Origin: a virus
Lineage: Duplodnaviria; Caudoviricetes
IMG/VR virus record: IMGVR_UViG_3300045596_000094
Coordinates: 128,001-192,000 of that record
Length of the DNA: 64,000 nt
Direction: 5' to 3' (one strand)
Shown here: positions 48,432-57,690 of the stretch, piece by piece
How the letters are laid out: each line of letters opens with the position of its first letter
Position numbering within the stretch: the stretch's first letter is position 1
Made by a program: the position numbers and the translations under genes
Notes under the pieces: generated by a model
The model's database searches: none
The model's input: only the letters and a program-made list of their open reading frames with translations
What the model was told of the DNA's origin: nothing

Positions 48432-50651
48432 TTAATCGTCGTCCCCGTCACCCATATAGAGAACAGTATATTCCTCCTCTACCAATGGAATGCCGTAAAT
48501 CATTCCATCTTCAGGAAGAGAATACTCGTCAGATAGAATCCGTGTTTTCTTATCATTCTTCATGTAGAATCCTAAAGATTCAAGAACAATGTAGAATGTT
48601 TTCAATACTTCAGATACAATCCCACGAATATCTACCACCCCACGAATCTCTTTCGGGATACCATGGGTAGCTAAAGCTTCACGCGGTAAACGGAAAAGTT
48701 TAACATCGTTTTTACGGTTGTCCTCCACCCAACGTTCTAGATTACGACGAATCGTAATATCGTCAATTGAATCCAACCAAGCTTTTACGGCAGTCTTATT
48801 CGGAAGACTTACTGATACCTTGATTGCCCGATAAGGGGGTTCTGGCGCTTGACCGTATTTCGCACCAAACACCTCGTTCCAGAAAGTGTAACTCTGATAT
48901 GCTACTGCGTCTTCGCCTTGAGAGTACGATTCTGAACCTTTAATCTGAACACCATTCATAAACTCGAAACCACCATTATAGATATCATCAATAATACGTT
49001 TCTCTAGTTCAAGAATCGGACGAAGTGCTTGATCTACTGTAATTGGTTTATTGTTCATGATAGAATCAATAATCCAACGCATATAGTTGTGTGCTTGCTC
49101 ATTAATAAAAGGTGGTACATTCGATGAACGAAGGTTTACACCCTTCACTTCCAGAATACGTTTATTCGTCGCATACACGTTACCTTCACCCGCAGTGATA
49201 AGTGTGAAATAATGTTTGGCTAACGAGGTTAATGTATAGACTGGGAAGATATATTCATTCTTCATTTCTAACTGTGTGAGTTGAGAAGGATCAACCCCCA
49301 AGTTAGCCGAATACATCATTAGGGTATGTGTTGTTAAACCCGCAATTAAGAAAGTTACAACATATTCAATTGACATCGCCTCGTGACTGAAAGGGATATC
49401 GCCACCATACTTATCACACCAATACTGCGTTGTAAAGATCGTTGAATCTGTATCTGAAGTCGGTACAGACTTACGTCTAGAGTTCGGGAATTGTGCAATC
49501 GAGTGTGGCAGATAATCGGCTTTCAAGAAAGCAGATATAAACTTCTGGTATCTAGAGCAAACCTCTTGCATGTTCTGCGCAGTCAATGCTACTGCGTGAT
49601 ACGCTTCTGGTTTCTTCTCCTGAGCATCGGTAAGTAACATCCCTGAGATGATAGGTGAGCAGAGTAAAGAAGCAATGGCTGTGAAGTTATCATCTAACCC
49701 CTTAATAATACTTTCAGGATCGGGATGCGTACCTTCTTTCATCTCGGCTAATGACTTTAAGAACACTTTGACAAAATCACCATTATGTTTGTCAATGTGA
49801 TATAGGTCACCTGAATAAAGCCATGCTGCTCGCTCAGCATCGGTAAGTGATTTCAGTGTTTCGTAGATCTCACGCTCATGTTTTTCACTTGTCCAATAAT
49901 ACTGACTCGAATGGCGTACTGCCTCCATGCAATCATCAGCAGTTGGTCGATGAATACCCATGGTGTTGAAACATTCTTCTATCGTAGCAGTGTCGCTATA
50001 TTGCGCCGCTGTAAGAATGTGGAACGTTACAATTGCTGGAGCGTAATAGTGTCGTAACCCACCTAGAATCTTTTCATTATTCGAGTTCGCATAACTTGTA
50101 GCACAACGACAAGTGGATGTTAACGAAGAGTGTGAGGACTTATTATACCCAGGGGTACTTGAAGAAGCATGTGTTCCAGATACAGAGTTATTCTTTACCT
50201 TTCGGGATTCCTGTAAGGTTTTAAAATAAGCTGCTGCCTCATCTTCAGCACGCATACGACAAACAAACATTTGTTTCTTGTCTGCTTTACGTAAATTCAT
50301 GTTTAGCTGAATGTACTCAGCTAAAATAGATTTTTTGATCTTGGGAGGAACGTAACAGGTTAGACTTGGTGCAATGATATATCCATCGCTATTCAACGCA
50401 TCAAGGTATTCAAATAACCCACGCTCACAAATCTCACGGTCACCGTTTTCTTTTCGTCTAAGGAACATTACCTTAGGGTCTTTTAAAGCGAAAGCACCGT
50501 TCAAACCAACAACTTTATTGACATAATCCAAAGCATAGTCAAAAGTGACGTTTCTTCTTTTCATTAAGTAGAAAGCAAGATCTTTTTTGGCAATATCTAA
50601 GACATCATATTCCCGTATATATGTTTCGGGAGGGCGTGTAAAATAACCCAT
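48432..50651 (-). CDS. Split family-B DNA polymerase, catalytic subunit (phiKZ gp50-like)
   Basis: Motif B Q..RKVKNNSVSG, motif C SDTDS, KHY, KGV.L. Confidence 0.85.
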   Translation of the reverse strand: MGYFTRPPETYIREYDVLDIAKKDLAFYLMKRRNVTFDYALDYVNKVVGLNGAFALKDPKVMFLRRKENGDREICERGLFEYLDALNSDGYIIAPSLTCYVPPKIKKSILAEYIQLNMNLRKADKKQMFVCRMRAEDEAAAYFKTLQESRKVKNNSVSGTHASSSTPGYNKSSHSSLTSTCRCATSYANSNNEKILGGLRHYYAPAIVTFHILTAAQYSDTATIEECFNTMGIHRPTADDCMEAVRHSSQYYWTSEKHEREIYETLKSLTDAERAAWLYSGDLYHIDKHNGDFVKVFLKSLAEMKEGTHPDPESIIKGLDDNFTAIASLLCSPIISGMLLTDAQEKKPEAYHAVALTAQNMQEVCSRYQKFISAFLKADYLPHSIAQFPNSRRKSVPTSDTDSTIFTTQYWCDKYGGDIPFSHEAMSIEYVVTFLIAGLTTHTLMMYSANLGVDPSQLTQLEMKNEYIFPVYTLTSLAKHYFTLITAGEGNVYATNKRILEVKGVNLRSSNVPPFINEQAHNYMRWIIDSIMNNKPITVDQALRPILELEKRIIDDIYNGGFEFMNGVQIKGSESYSQGEDAVAYQSYTFWNEVFGAKYGQAPEPPYRAIKVSVSLPNKTAVKAWLDSIDDITIRRNLERWVEDNRKNDVKLFRLPREALATHGIPKEIRGVVDIRGIVSEVLKTFYIVLESLGFYMKNDKKTRILSDEYSLPEDGMIYGIPLVEEEYTVLYMGDGDDD

Positions 50652-50740
50652 TGTTAATTCCTTCGACTACCTTTACATACCTTAGTCAAACAGCATAAAA
50701 AATAATTACCCGACCCCATTTGGAGTCAGGTATTATCCCA

Positions 50741-51145
50741 TTAAAGACTTTTAGTCACAATGTTACTTACAGTGTAGTTACGTGAAGATAAAAGTGCTCG
50801 AATATCGTCAATATCCGAAACACCGGATCCACTGATGGTGATAATGATATCTGTTTTAGATACTGTTTTCACACTTAATGGATCAATCCATGGTAACCCT
50901 ACAGCTGTAACATCCCCGACCGCTGGGCGTATGATAGCATATAGATACCCACGATAGTCGTTAGGTGTACCTTCAGGTAAGGTCGGGTAAACTAACTGAT
51001 GTTTCACAGCTGGGTCAATATATTTCACCTGATCCCATGTCGTGATCCCTTCTAGGATAACATCTGTAAAATTATCACTAATTACTGCTTCAGGAATCAG
51101 TCGAAAGGAAACGGTTTTCCCAACCTGGTCTAATGTTAAGGACAT
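50741..51145 (-). CDS. Conserved SH3-like hypothetical protein (phiKZ gp49-like)
   Basis: H..VYP.LP.GTP and GLPWI motifs; next to DNA polymerase. Confidence 0.55.
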   Translation of the reverse strand: MSLTLDQVGKTVSFRLIPEAVISDNFTDVILEGITTWDQVKYIDPAVKHQLVYPTLPEGTPNDYRGYLYAIIRPAVGDVTAVGLPWIDPLSVKTVSKTDIIITISGSGVSDIDDIRALLSSRNYTVSNIVTKSL

Positions 51146-51148
51146 TTC

Positions 51149-51463
51149 TTACTCCAAGCTCAATATTACGGTATTAGGTTCTTCAGAGACACGTATGTCT
51201 TTCAATCGGGATGCGGGAATACCGAACCCAACTATTCGACCTCTGAGTTCACAAAGTACCCGTGAAAGACGCGGGTACTGTTCGCTGTACTGTGACCCAT
51301 CAACAAGCAAATAGTGAACCAAAGAACCGAATCCCTTAGGGTGTTCCATAAAGCACTCGATTGGTTCATCACGGTATCCGTCTTGCTGAAGAAGGTCTGG
51401 TAGGTCTAAAACGATTTCCTCAGTATTGAGGGTCGTTACCTGTATTTTTATTTGTGTTGCCAT
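51149..51463 (-). CDS. Small hypothetical protein, paralog-array member
   Basis: 104 aa; overlaps upstream ORF. Confidence 0.55.
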   Translation of the reverse strand: MATQIKIQVTTLNTEEIVLDLPDLLQQDGYRDEPIECFMEHPKGFGSLVHYLLVDGSQYSEQYPRLSRVLCELRGRIVGFGIPASRLKDIRVSEEPNTVILSLE

Positions 51464-51842
51464 CTGGTTTACCTAGTTGAATATGGAAAGGTCCTTCGAA
51501 TCCAACGAAACGCCACGGACATGAGCCGTCACTATCGAACCATTGGAATTCTTTAAACTTTTGTTTTAGAGCGTAGATAAGCTGTAAACAACAAGCGGAC
51601 ATGTTTTCTATTTGACCGTTACAAAACGGATAGAGGTGATATTTCATATTCAGTAAAAATAACTGAAGATCTTCTTCATATCTTGAACTACCTGCGACAC
51701 TCACGCACTCTGACACAATCGATTCTGTAGTATAGGGGATTTGTCGGTACTGTGCTGTATTGTCACCGATGGATGGTGCCATCTCCATCAGTGCGCCGTT
51801 TACCTGCAAAACCAATTCCGCTAAACCTAAAGTAATAAACAT
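51420..51842 (-). CDS. Hypothetical protein, paralog-array member
   Basis: 140 aa; C-terminal DG..PWRF. Confidence 0.55.
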   Translation of the reverse strand: MFITLGLAELVLQVNGALMEMAPSIGDNTAQYRQIPYTTESIVSECVSVAGSSRYEEDLQLFLLNMKYHLYPFCNGQIENMSACCLQLIYALKQKFKEFQWFDSDGSCPWRFVGFEGPFHIQLGKPDGNTNKNTGNDPQY

Positions 51843-51856
51843 AATAAATATCCTAA

Positions 51857-52279
51857 TTAAGTAATTGTGATTTTGAGACCGTCAGTATCGAGCCTACCTG
51901 CTTTGATCTTACGACCATTGCACATAGACTGGCTGATTAACTGCGTGACGAAAGGATTGCCCGTATAAAACATACGTAGGTATTTAAAAACAAATATTAG
52001 ATCGTGAAGAAGCATACTCACAGGATCTGTATTCGGGTCAGACATTATACCTATATAAGCGGCATACACCGCGTCACTAGATTGAGATAAAACGATACTT
52101 GATGCAAACTGTCTGAGTTCAATAAATGAATCAATACGAGGGGTTAAACCCTGTATTGAGTTCAGGTAAGTGAAATAGATTAACTCTTCACTTCCAATGA
52201 GTGGGACTATTCGTTCCATTACCTTGGAATATATTCCAACATAAGGTGGGATGGGTATAGTTAATTCGATATCCGACAC
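51857..52279 (-). CDS. Hypothetical protein, paralog of 54465..55250
   Basis: IELTIPIPP and VFK.L..FYTGNP shared with paralog. Confidence 0.6.
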   Translation of the reverse strand: MSDIELTIPIPPYVGIYSKVMERIVPLIGSEELIYFTYLNSIQGLTPRIDSFIELRQFASSIVLSQSSDAVYAAYIGIMSDPNTDPVSMLLHDLIFVFKYLRMFYTGNPFVTQLISQSMCNGRKIKAGRLDTDGLKITIT

Positions 52280-52655
52280 TTAAAAAGTCATCCTCTAAAA
52301 TTCTGATTTTAACATCAATAACTGAACATCCTTGAAAGTGCATTCTCGGTTGCTCAATAAAATGTTTAAATAGTCGGTTAAATAAATCCTCGTAAACGTC
52401 AAATGGTTCAAATCGATTGTAGACGAAATAAGCCGTAGTGGACATATCCGGATCTTTAATTTGACGCTCCAGCCAATTTGACCACCGCAACTGGATATCG
52501 TTGTTGGCTAAACCAAGTAAGATAAGATCAACAATTGATGGTACAGGTATTCCTGCGACCATCGCATCATCGATTACGCTGCCAAGTTCTGAGTCGTTGT
52601 AAGGACTCCGATACACTAGCTGGAGATCGTCTATAGTTGTCTTCTGCAAGAGCAT
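52188..52655 (-). CDS. Hypothetical protein, paralog-array member
   Basis: 155 aa; overlaps both neighbours. Confidence 0.5.
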   Translation of the reverse strand: MLLQKTTIDDLQLVYRSPYNDSELGSVIDDAMVAGIPVPSIVDLILLGLANNDIQLRWSNWLERQIKDPDMSTTAYFVYNRFEPFDVYEDLFNRLFKHFIEQPRMHFQGCSVIDVKIRILEDDFLSVGYRINYTHPTLCWNIFQGNGTNSPTHWK

Positions 52656-53013
52656 CTACCTCCACAAAGTAATTGCTGAACTGTTTTTCTGAAGTAAGTT
52701 CCACGTGTTTCACATTCCTACAATAGAAATAACACTGCATCGCTAAGGGTAGTTTAAAAAACCAAGTTTTGACCACCGCCTCAATAATCGCTAAACCTAG
52801 TTTAATTTCAGTTTCAGCATAGTTAGGATCATTCCAATGACCTCTGGCTTGAGAGATCACCTTTTCAGTATGTGTATCAAAGCAACTATCGTCCATCAAA
52901 CGAATATCTGCAAGAATTAAATTCAGGACTTCCGAGATATTCATATCTAGAAAATTGATGATAGATAGATGGTCTGGAGTGAACGGTACTGTTTCAGTTA
53001 CCAATAGTTCCAT
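52567..53013 (-). CDS. Hypothetical protein, paralog-array member
   Basis: 148 aa; TAATG stop/start overlap. Confidence 0.55.
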   Translation of the reverse strand: MELLVTETVPFTPDHLSIINFLDMNISEVLNLILADIRLMDDSCFDTHTEKVISQARGHWNDPNYAETEIKLGLAIIEAVVKTWFFKLPLAMQCYFYCRNVKHVELTSEKQFSNYFVEVDALAEDNYRRSPASVSESLQRLRTWQRNR

Positions 53014-53471
53014 TAATGCCCTACCAATGTTCCAGCGAGATAACCGTAAGGTAAATTCCCGTACAGTGTTGTACTGTCAATCTGGTCCATATCAACCATG
53101 TAATACAGAATTAATCCTTGCTCTATTTCTTCAATTTGCATGATATCTAAATGAACCAGAAAAGAGGTTAGCAAAGAAACATTCAGATATTCGGTAAATA
53201 TCTGAAGAAGTTTCTCTCTCGCGTCAATCATACGACACTGTATCGCATCGTTGCTATGTATTGATGGATCGGTTTCATTCTCCCACGTGTCGTAAAACGC
53301 CGCCAGATCTTGTCCAGACTTACGCGCAAAAATGATTGTGTTTAACCACATGTAAGGGTCAGGATACCCTAGAACTCTTAATTCCCTGCGAAGAAAAGCG
53401 GGGAGAATCGGTTTAGGGATAATCACCGATTGCATGTTCGGAACATGACCGAGTACATCTTGATCTAACAT
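53013..53471 (-). CDS. Hypothetical protein, paralog-array member
   Basis: 152 aa; TAATG overlap. Confidence 0.55.
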   Translation of the reverse strand: MLDQDVLGHVPNMQSVIIPKPILPAFLRRELRVLGYPDPYMWLNTIIFARKSGQDLAAFYDTWENETDPSIHSNDAIQCRMIDAREKLLQIFTEYLNVSLLTSFLVHLDIMQIEEIEQGLILYYMVDMDQIDSTTLYGNLPYGYLAGTLVGH

Positions 53472-53938
53472 TATTCTCTTCCTCTAAAATGATTGACGTG
53501 TGCAATATCAATCAAAATACCATCTTGTTCTACTGAGGCGTTAAATAATCTCAAGCCCAGAAGCTCGTATTTGAATTTTAATTTCAGAGAATTAAACATC
53601 TCCAATAAAATTTCACCAATTGAACTAAAAAGTAGAGCGGTATAATGACAAATAATCGAAACAATTTGTTTGGGTGGTAGTTTTGTATCTGCAAATAGAT
53701 ACTCGGTACGTACCCTATCAAAAACGTAACTGAGATTACCGTGTTCGATTTCTCTTTCGAGATTAAAATAATCGGGAATGTAAATTTTGCCGTCAAAACT
53801 TACCTGACCATTAAGTCGAATATGTGAAAATATGATTTCGAAGAGGTACGCTTCATTAAACCCTAAGTCAGTTATGGATTTCCACACATCGTTATTTTTC
53901 AAAGCATGGAATTTCTCAGTGGGTAATATGAACAACAT
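53471..53938 (-). CDS. Hypothetical protein, paralog-array member
   Basis: 155 aa. Confidence 0.55.
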   Translation of the reverse strand: MLFILPTEKFHALKNNDVWKSITDLGFNEAYLFEIIFSHIRLNGQVSFDGKIYIPDYFNLEREIEHGNLSYVFDRVRTEYLFADTKLPPKQIVSIICHYTALLFSSIGEILLEMFNSLKLKFKYELLGLRLFNASVEQDGILIDIAHVNHFRGRE

Positions 53939-53957
53939 AAAAGCCCCCTAGCCGATC

Positions 53958-54464
53958 TCATTCGAGACCAGCTATTTCTAGGTATTTGTAAGGAACGAAC
54001 TCGTTTCTTTCCTGTGCCTTGATTACTTCTGCACGAAGAACCTCTGTAAGATTTCTAGAAGGTTCTGTGCAGTATAGTTTCACCTGTAACGTGCGCTCCC
54101 CAATCAACTGATAACTGGTGTCGACAACATAATGATACCTTAACGCTTCGATAGCTAGGTTTAGCTGATGTGCAGGGGTCAATAACGCTGATGATAACTC
54201 CATTATTAACCCATGGTATCGTTCGTAGGGGATTCTGTAATTTTGTAGAATCTCTAAAACGTCGTAATCGGCAGTTTGATAAGAAATGGTCTTTTCAATT
54301 AAACCAATAGCTGACCTCAAGAATACGAAGGCCAATGCCTGAGCATCAGTTTCGTTATTCTCAAAATCAACTGTCGGTGTAAAGAGACTTTTGAGTCCGC
54401 CGAATAACATATCCACGGGGATATTGAATATCCGTGGAATTTCTTCTGCTGGAACTGATTGCAT
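53958..54464 (-). CDS. Hypothetical protein, paralog-array member
   Basis: 168 aa; abuts upstream stop. Confidence 0.55.
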   Translation of the reverse strand: MQSVPAEEIPRIFNIPVDMLFGGLKSLFTPTVDFENNETDAQALAFVFLRSAIGLIEKTISYQTADYDVLEILQNYRIPYERYHGLIMELSSALLTPAHQLNLAIEALRYHYVVDTSYQLIGERTLQVKLYCTEPSRNLTEVLRAEVIKAQERNEFVPYKYLEIAGLE

Positions 54465-55250
54465 TTATAATCCTACGATTAGTTGCTGTGCAATTTCATG
54501 GTTTTTCTGAGCCTGTTCCCAAGAAACAGAACCGCGGGTTCGTTTGGATTCTCTTTTAGGAATATTTCCAATAATAGAATAACCATTTAATCGAATCCCT
54601 TCAGCTTCCATAGCTTTTGCTTCAGCAAAGGTTAGTTTAGGTGGTTCTTCATCTACGTATAGATAAAGGTCCAATCCAGAATGAATATTTCGACCTATGT
54701 GCTGTGGTACAAATTCAGCGTATCGATCCATAAGAGAAACCAGATATTCGTGACACATTGGGTTTCCTCTATAGAAAGCTTCCACCGATTTAAAAACATT
54801 GTCTAACTGTTCCTGGGTTGCTAAAAGTGAATCTTTATCAACATTAGGGAAACAGCTTTTGAAACGTTTCAGGATAACAGACTTCATTTCAGCTAGAGCG
54901 ATACAGCTATCTTCTTCAGATAGGAAGTATGTGGCTAAAATTACCATTCCAGATATTTCATCCAGTGTGGGTGCTAGGGGAACGTTATCGTGAAATTCTG
55001 TATAGCGTCGATGTTCTTTACGTATCTCACCTACAAGGAAGGTATGCGTTAAAGGATCACTATTGAGAACGATTTGCTGTTCCAAATTGCGAATATTATT
55101 TTCTACCGAGACTTTTAAATTGTCGCGTGCGGCTTTTAATTGTGTCCATTGCTCGATAGAAATTATAGATTTAAAGTACTCATTAAATTCCTTTACGTAC
55201 ACCGATCCTTCTGGTGGTAAAGGTATGGTGAGTTTAAACTGTTGTGACAT
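54465..55250 (-). CDS. Hypothetical protein, paralog of 51857..52279 with coiled-coil insert
   Basis: Likely start MSQQFKLTIPLPP; VFKSVEAFYRGNP. Confidence 0.55.
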   Translation of the reverse strand: MSQQFKLTIPLPPEGSVYVKEFNEYFKSIISIEQWTQLKAARDNLKVSVENNIRNLEQQIVLNSDPLTHTFLVGEIRKEHRRYTEFHDNVPLAPTLDEISGMVILATYFLSEEDSCIALAEMKSVILKRFKSCFPNVDKDSLLATQEQLDNVFKSVEAFYRGNPMCHEYLVSLMDRYAEFVPQHIGRNIHSGLDLYLYVDEEPPKLTFAEAKAMEAEGIRLNGYSIIGNIPKRESKRTRGSVSWEQAQKNHEIAQQLIVGL

Positions 55251-55659
55251 CGAGAAACACTCCGTATGGCATTCGACTAATATTAAACATTCTCTCAAGA
55301 GGGATTCCATTCATGACAACGAGACCCCTCAGATCTACATAGAGTAAGCGTGTATGGTGAATAATGGCTTCTAAGATTTTATCTTGGAATTGTAAAACGG
55401 TTAACCCAATATTTTGGAAAGTATTCCAATAATGGAACTCTATATTTGCAATAACTGTTTTCGTTCGACAAATAGTTTCTCTGAAATATTGGGTTGGGAT
55501 ATCTTGTAAAGCAGCAAATCGAAACTTACGTAAGAGATCCTGAGCGATAAAAAAGCATGTACTTTCACCAACATCTATTTTCTCTAAAAGTAATAGTTCC
55601 TTCGGTACTTTGTGTTGTTCATAGGCAGGAAGGTTTACTGCCAATTTATTTAAAATCAC
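55234..55659 (-). CDS. Hypothetical protein, paralog-array member
   Basis: 141 aa; overlaps neighbours. Confidence 0.5.
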   Translation of the reverse strand: MILNKLAVNLPAYEQHKVPKELLLLEKIDVGESTCFFIAQDLLRKFRFAALQDIPTQYFRETICRTKTVIANIEFHYWNTFQNIGLTVLQFQDKILEAIIHHTRLLYVDLRGLVVMNGIPLERMFNISRMPYGVFLDVTTV

Positions 55660-55975
55660 GATACACCTCTATTCCATATAACCAATTCTCTACTACCTTG
55701 AAACGGATACCGAAGTCGTTAGAAGTCGCCTCCCTCAAAAGGTAGATGATTCTTCTAATGTCTCTGTCAATTGCAAGTTCCATCCATGTATTCCAAATAT
55801 TGGTTTGATATACTGCGGGATAGCTAAGCTCACAAGGAATCGCGTAGTGGGTATTGAGTTTATTGACTAAGATATTCAAGAGTGTGTTTGTAGCTATTTC
55901 TTCTTCATCTAGGAAACCTGGATTATGTCCTTCTAGGTATTCCATTAGATTATCTAACTGAAATAAATATAACAT
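55646..55975 (-). CDS. Hypothetical protein, first gene of array
   Basis: 109 aa; GAGGGAG SD. Confidence 0.55.
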   Translation of the reverse strand: MLYLFQLDNLMEYLEGHNPGFLDEEEIATNTLLNILVNKLNTHYAIPCELSYPAVYQTNIWNTWMELAIDRDIRRIIYLLREATSNDFGIRFKVVENWLYGIEVYRDFK

Positions 55976-55988
55976 AAAACTCCCTCAT

Positions 55989-56006
55989 CTATAGGATGCT
56001 AAACGC
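55989..56006 (-). promoter_or_regulatory. 18-bp motif GCGTTTAGCATCCTATAG (copy 2)
   Basis: Identical to 37765-37782. Confidence 0.5.
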
Positions 56007-56022
56007 TGTAATTAATTACACG

Positions 56023-56050
56023 TATTCAGAGTGATAATGTGTATCTATTT
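56023..56050 (-). promoter_or_regulatory. Putative early promoter
   Basis: TACAC-ATTAT-N5-TGAA. Confidence 0.6.
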
Positions 56051-56089
56051 TTCTTTAGAATAGTATGATTACCGATAAGGAAACCCATT

Positions 56090-56926
56090 ATGAATCCAAT
56101 CACATTTGCGCTGAATCGGATCGTTAAATACGGTATCCCTAAACCGATTCTCCAGATGACTTTCTTGAGTCGTCATATGGTTGATCGATATACCTTGGAT
56201 ACCTTAGAATCTCAGATTCGGACTGTTGTTGTGGAAGATCGTGTATTAGAAGATTTAAACATAGTGCATGGTACGCAAATAACGGTACCGCTAGCCGACT
56301 GTAAGCGATTAGACGGTGACTTCTATACAGGTACGTGGTATGTCCCTAAAGAGCTTACTGGGGGTAAAAAGATTACCTCTGTATATCACTTGACTCAAGC
56401 AGCGGGTATGATTTCCACCCAAGCCAGTGCCAATAACTCACAAGGTATCTATACCTCTACGTTTACGAGCTTTTCAAAATCTGGTGCTTTGTTTGGCGCT
56501 GCACAACAACTATCTCGTTCTGTAGAACCGGTACATGTTGTTTCTAACGCCTTATGTTATCTCATCGGCGAAAACACAGTACACATCAAAGATACAGTTA
56601 TTGTACCTGCAACGATGCATCTACGTGTAGTAGTTGAGAACGACGATAACCTAAACCATATTCAGATCCCTTACTATACGGTTATTCATGAACTGATTGA
56701 GGAAGCTGTTAAGTCGTATATCTACAATAACTTAACCTTAGAGCAAGATAACGTCTTCATCAATTCTGGTGGTGAACTAAATAAGTTCAGAGATATTGTA
56801 GAAAGCTACAGTGACTCAGAAGCTATTTATCGTGAGAAATTGGAAGAGACGTACAAATCTCTGGCACTTAACGATTCGGAAAGCTGGCGACGTCATTACC
56901 AATCACGGTGTGGCGGTTCATGGTGA
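56090..56926 (+). CDS. Conserved virion (neck/adaptor-like) protein, phiKZ gp42-like
   Basis: MNPI..AL..I...IP..IL; LIGENT; AVKSYIYN; GGEL....IVE.Y.D motifs; TATG upstream. Confidence 0.55.
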   Translation: MNPITFALNRIVKYGIPKPILQMTFLSRHMVDRYTLDTLESQIRTVVVEDRVLEDLNIVHGTQITVPLADCKRLDGDFYTGTWYVPKELTGGKKITSVYHLTQAAGMISTQASANNSQGIYTSTFTSFSKSGALFGAAQQLSRSVEPVHVVSNALCYLIGENTVHIKDTVIVPATMHLRVVVENDDNLNHIQIPYYTVIHELIEEAVKSYIYNNLTLEQDNVFINSGGELNKFRDIVESYSDSEAIYREKLEETYKSLALNDSESWRRHYQSRCGGSW

Positions 56927-56948
56927 AAAATAAAACATAAATCAAGTA

Positions 56949-56976
56949 CAGTAGAGCGCCCTAGGGCGCTCTACTG
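56949..56976. terminator. Bidirectional terminator; perfect 28-bp CTAG-centred palindrome
   Basis: CAGTAGAGCGCCCT|AGGGCGCTCTACTG. Confidence 0.75.
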
Positions 56977-56977
56977 G

Positions 56978-57617
56978 TTATTCACCGAAAGGTGATATGT
57001 GCGTTAACTCGTAGCCTACAACAGGTCTACCTTTGACAAAGCTGTTATGGACTGACCCTGGCAAGATACCGGACAGCTTAGCTAGTTCGTCAGCGGTCGC
57101 AATTCCGGTCATGGTGCCGTCCACCCATAAACCATACGCACCCTTTATAATTCTCTGAGGCCAACCGAGTTGATTAAAATATCTCAATTGAAGTTCAGTG
57201 AATCTAGGTAATCGATGTGGTTGATCAGCATATCTAAAGATATATCCACTCATTGGAACCTTAGCCTCATCACGGCAAGCCGCACGAACACCGGCTTTCA
57301 AACACCCGGTAGCATCACTTGCTTCTGTTAGTGCCGGGTATGTTTTCGCCTGACCGGTTCTAAGATCTAAAGCAAGTACTGGGCGGTTAGATTTTCTAGC
57401 GCGCATCGCGTCATCCAATTCCAACCATTCCTCATCGGGGTATTTAAACCGCCATCCATCATCTATACGAATAGAGTTTCGTTTAAGCCTACCTTGAACG
57501 GTAGTCTTATCGAGTCCCGTAAGTACAGCGGCATCACCTAGTGATTTAGCTGTGAATGATTCACCAGATTTGAAAGAACCTTCGCTTTGGAGCGACTGTT
57601 CTTTTTGTTACTGCCAT
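56978..57617 (-). pseudogene. NUMOD1/IENR1-repeat DNA-binding protein; frameshifted homing-endonuclease remnant with no nuclease domain
   Basis: ATG 57617 with GGAG SD stops after 18 codons; +1 frame gives FKSGESFTAKSLGDAAVLTG...GWRFKY and continues into the 148-aa ORF (RPVLALDLRTG...YPALTEAS...GYIFRY). Confidence 0.6.
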
Positions 57618-57653
57618 TGATTCTCCCGAATTAATAAAAAACATAAGTCACAG

Positions 57654-57683
57654 ATTAGAGAGTCCCCTAGGGGACTCTCTAAT
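57654..57683. terminator. Perfect 30-bp CTAG-centred palindrome
   Basis: ATTAGAGAGTCCCCT|AGGGGACTCTCTAAT followed by TATG. Confidence 0.7.
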
Positions 57684-57690
57684 TATGCTG

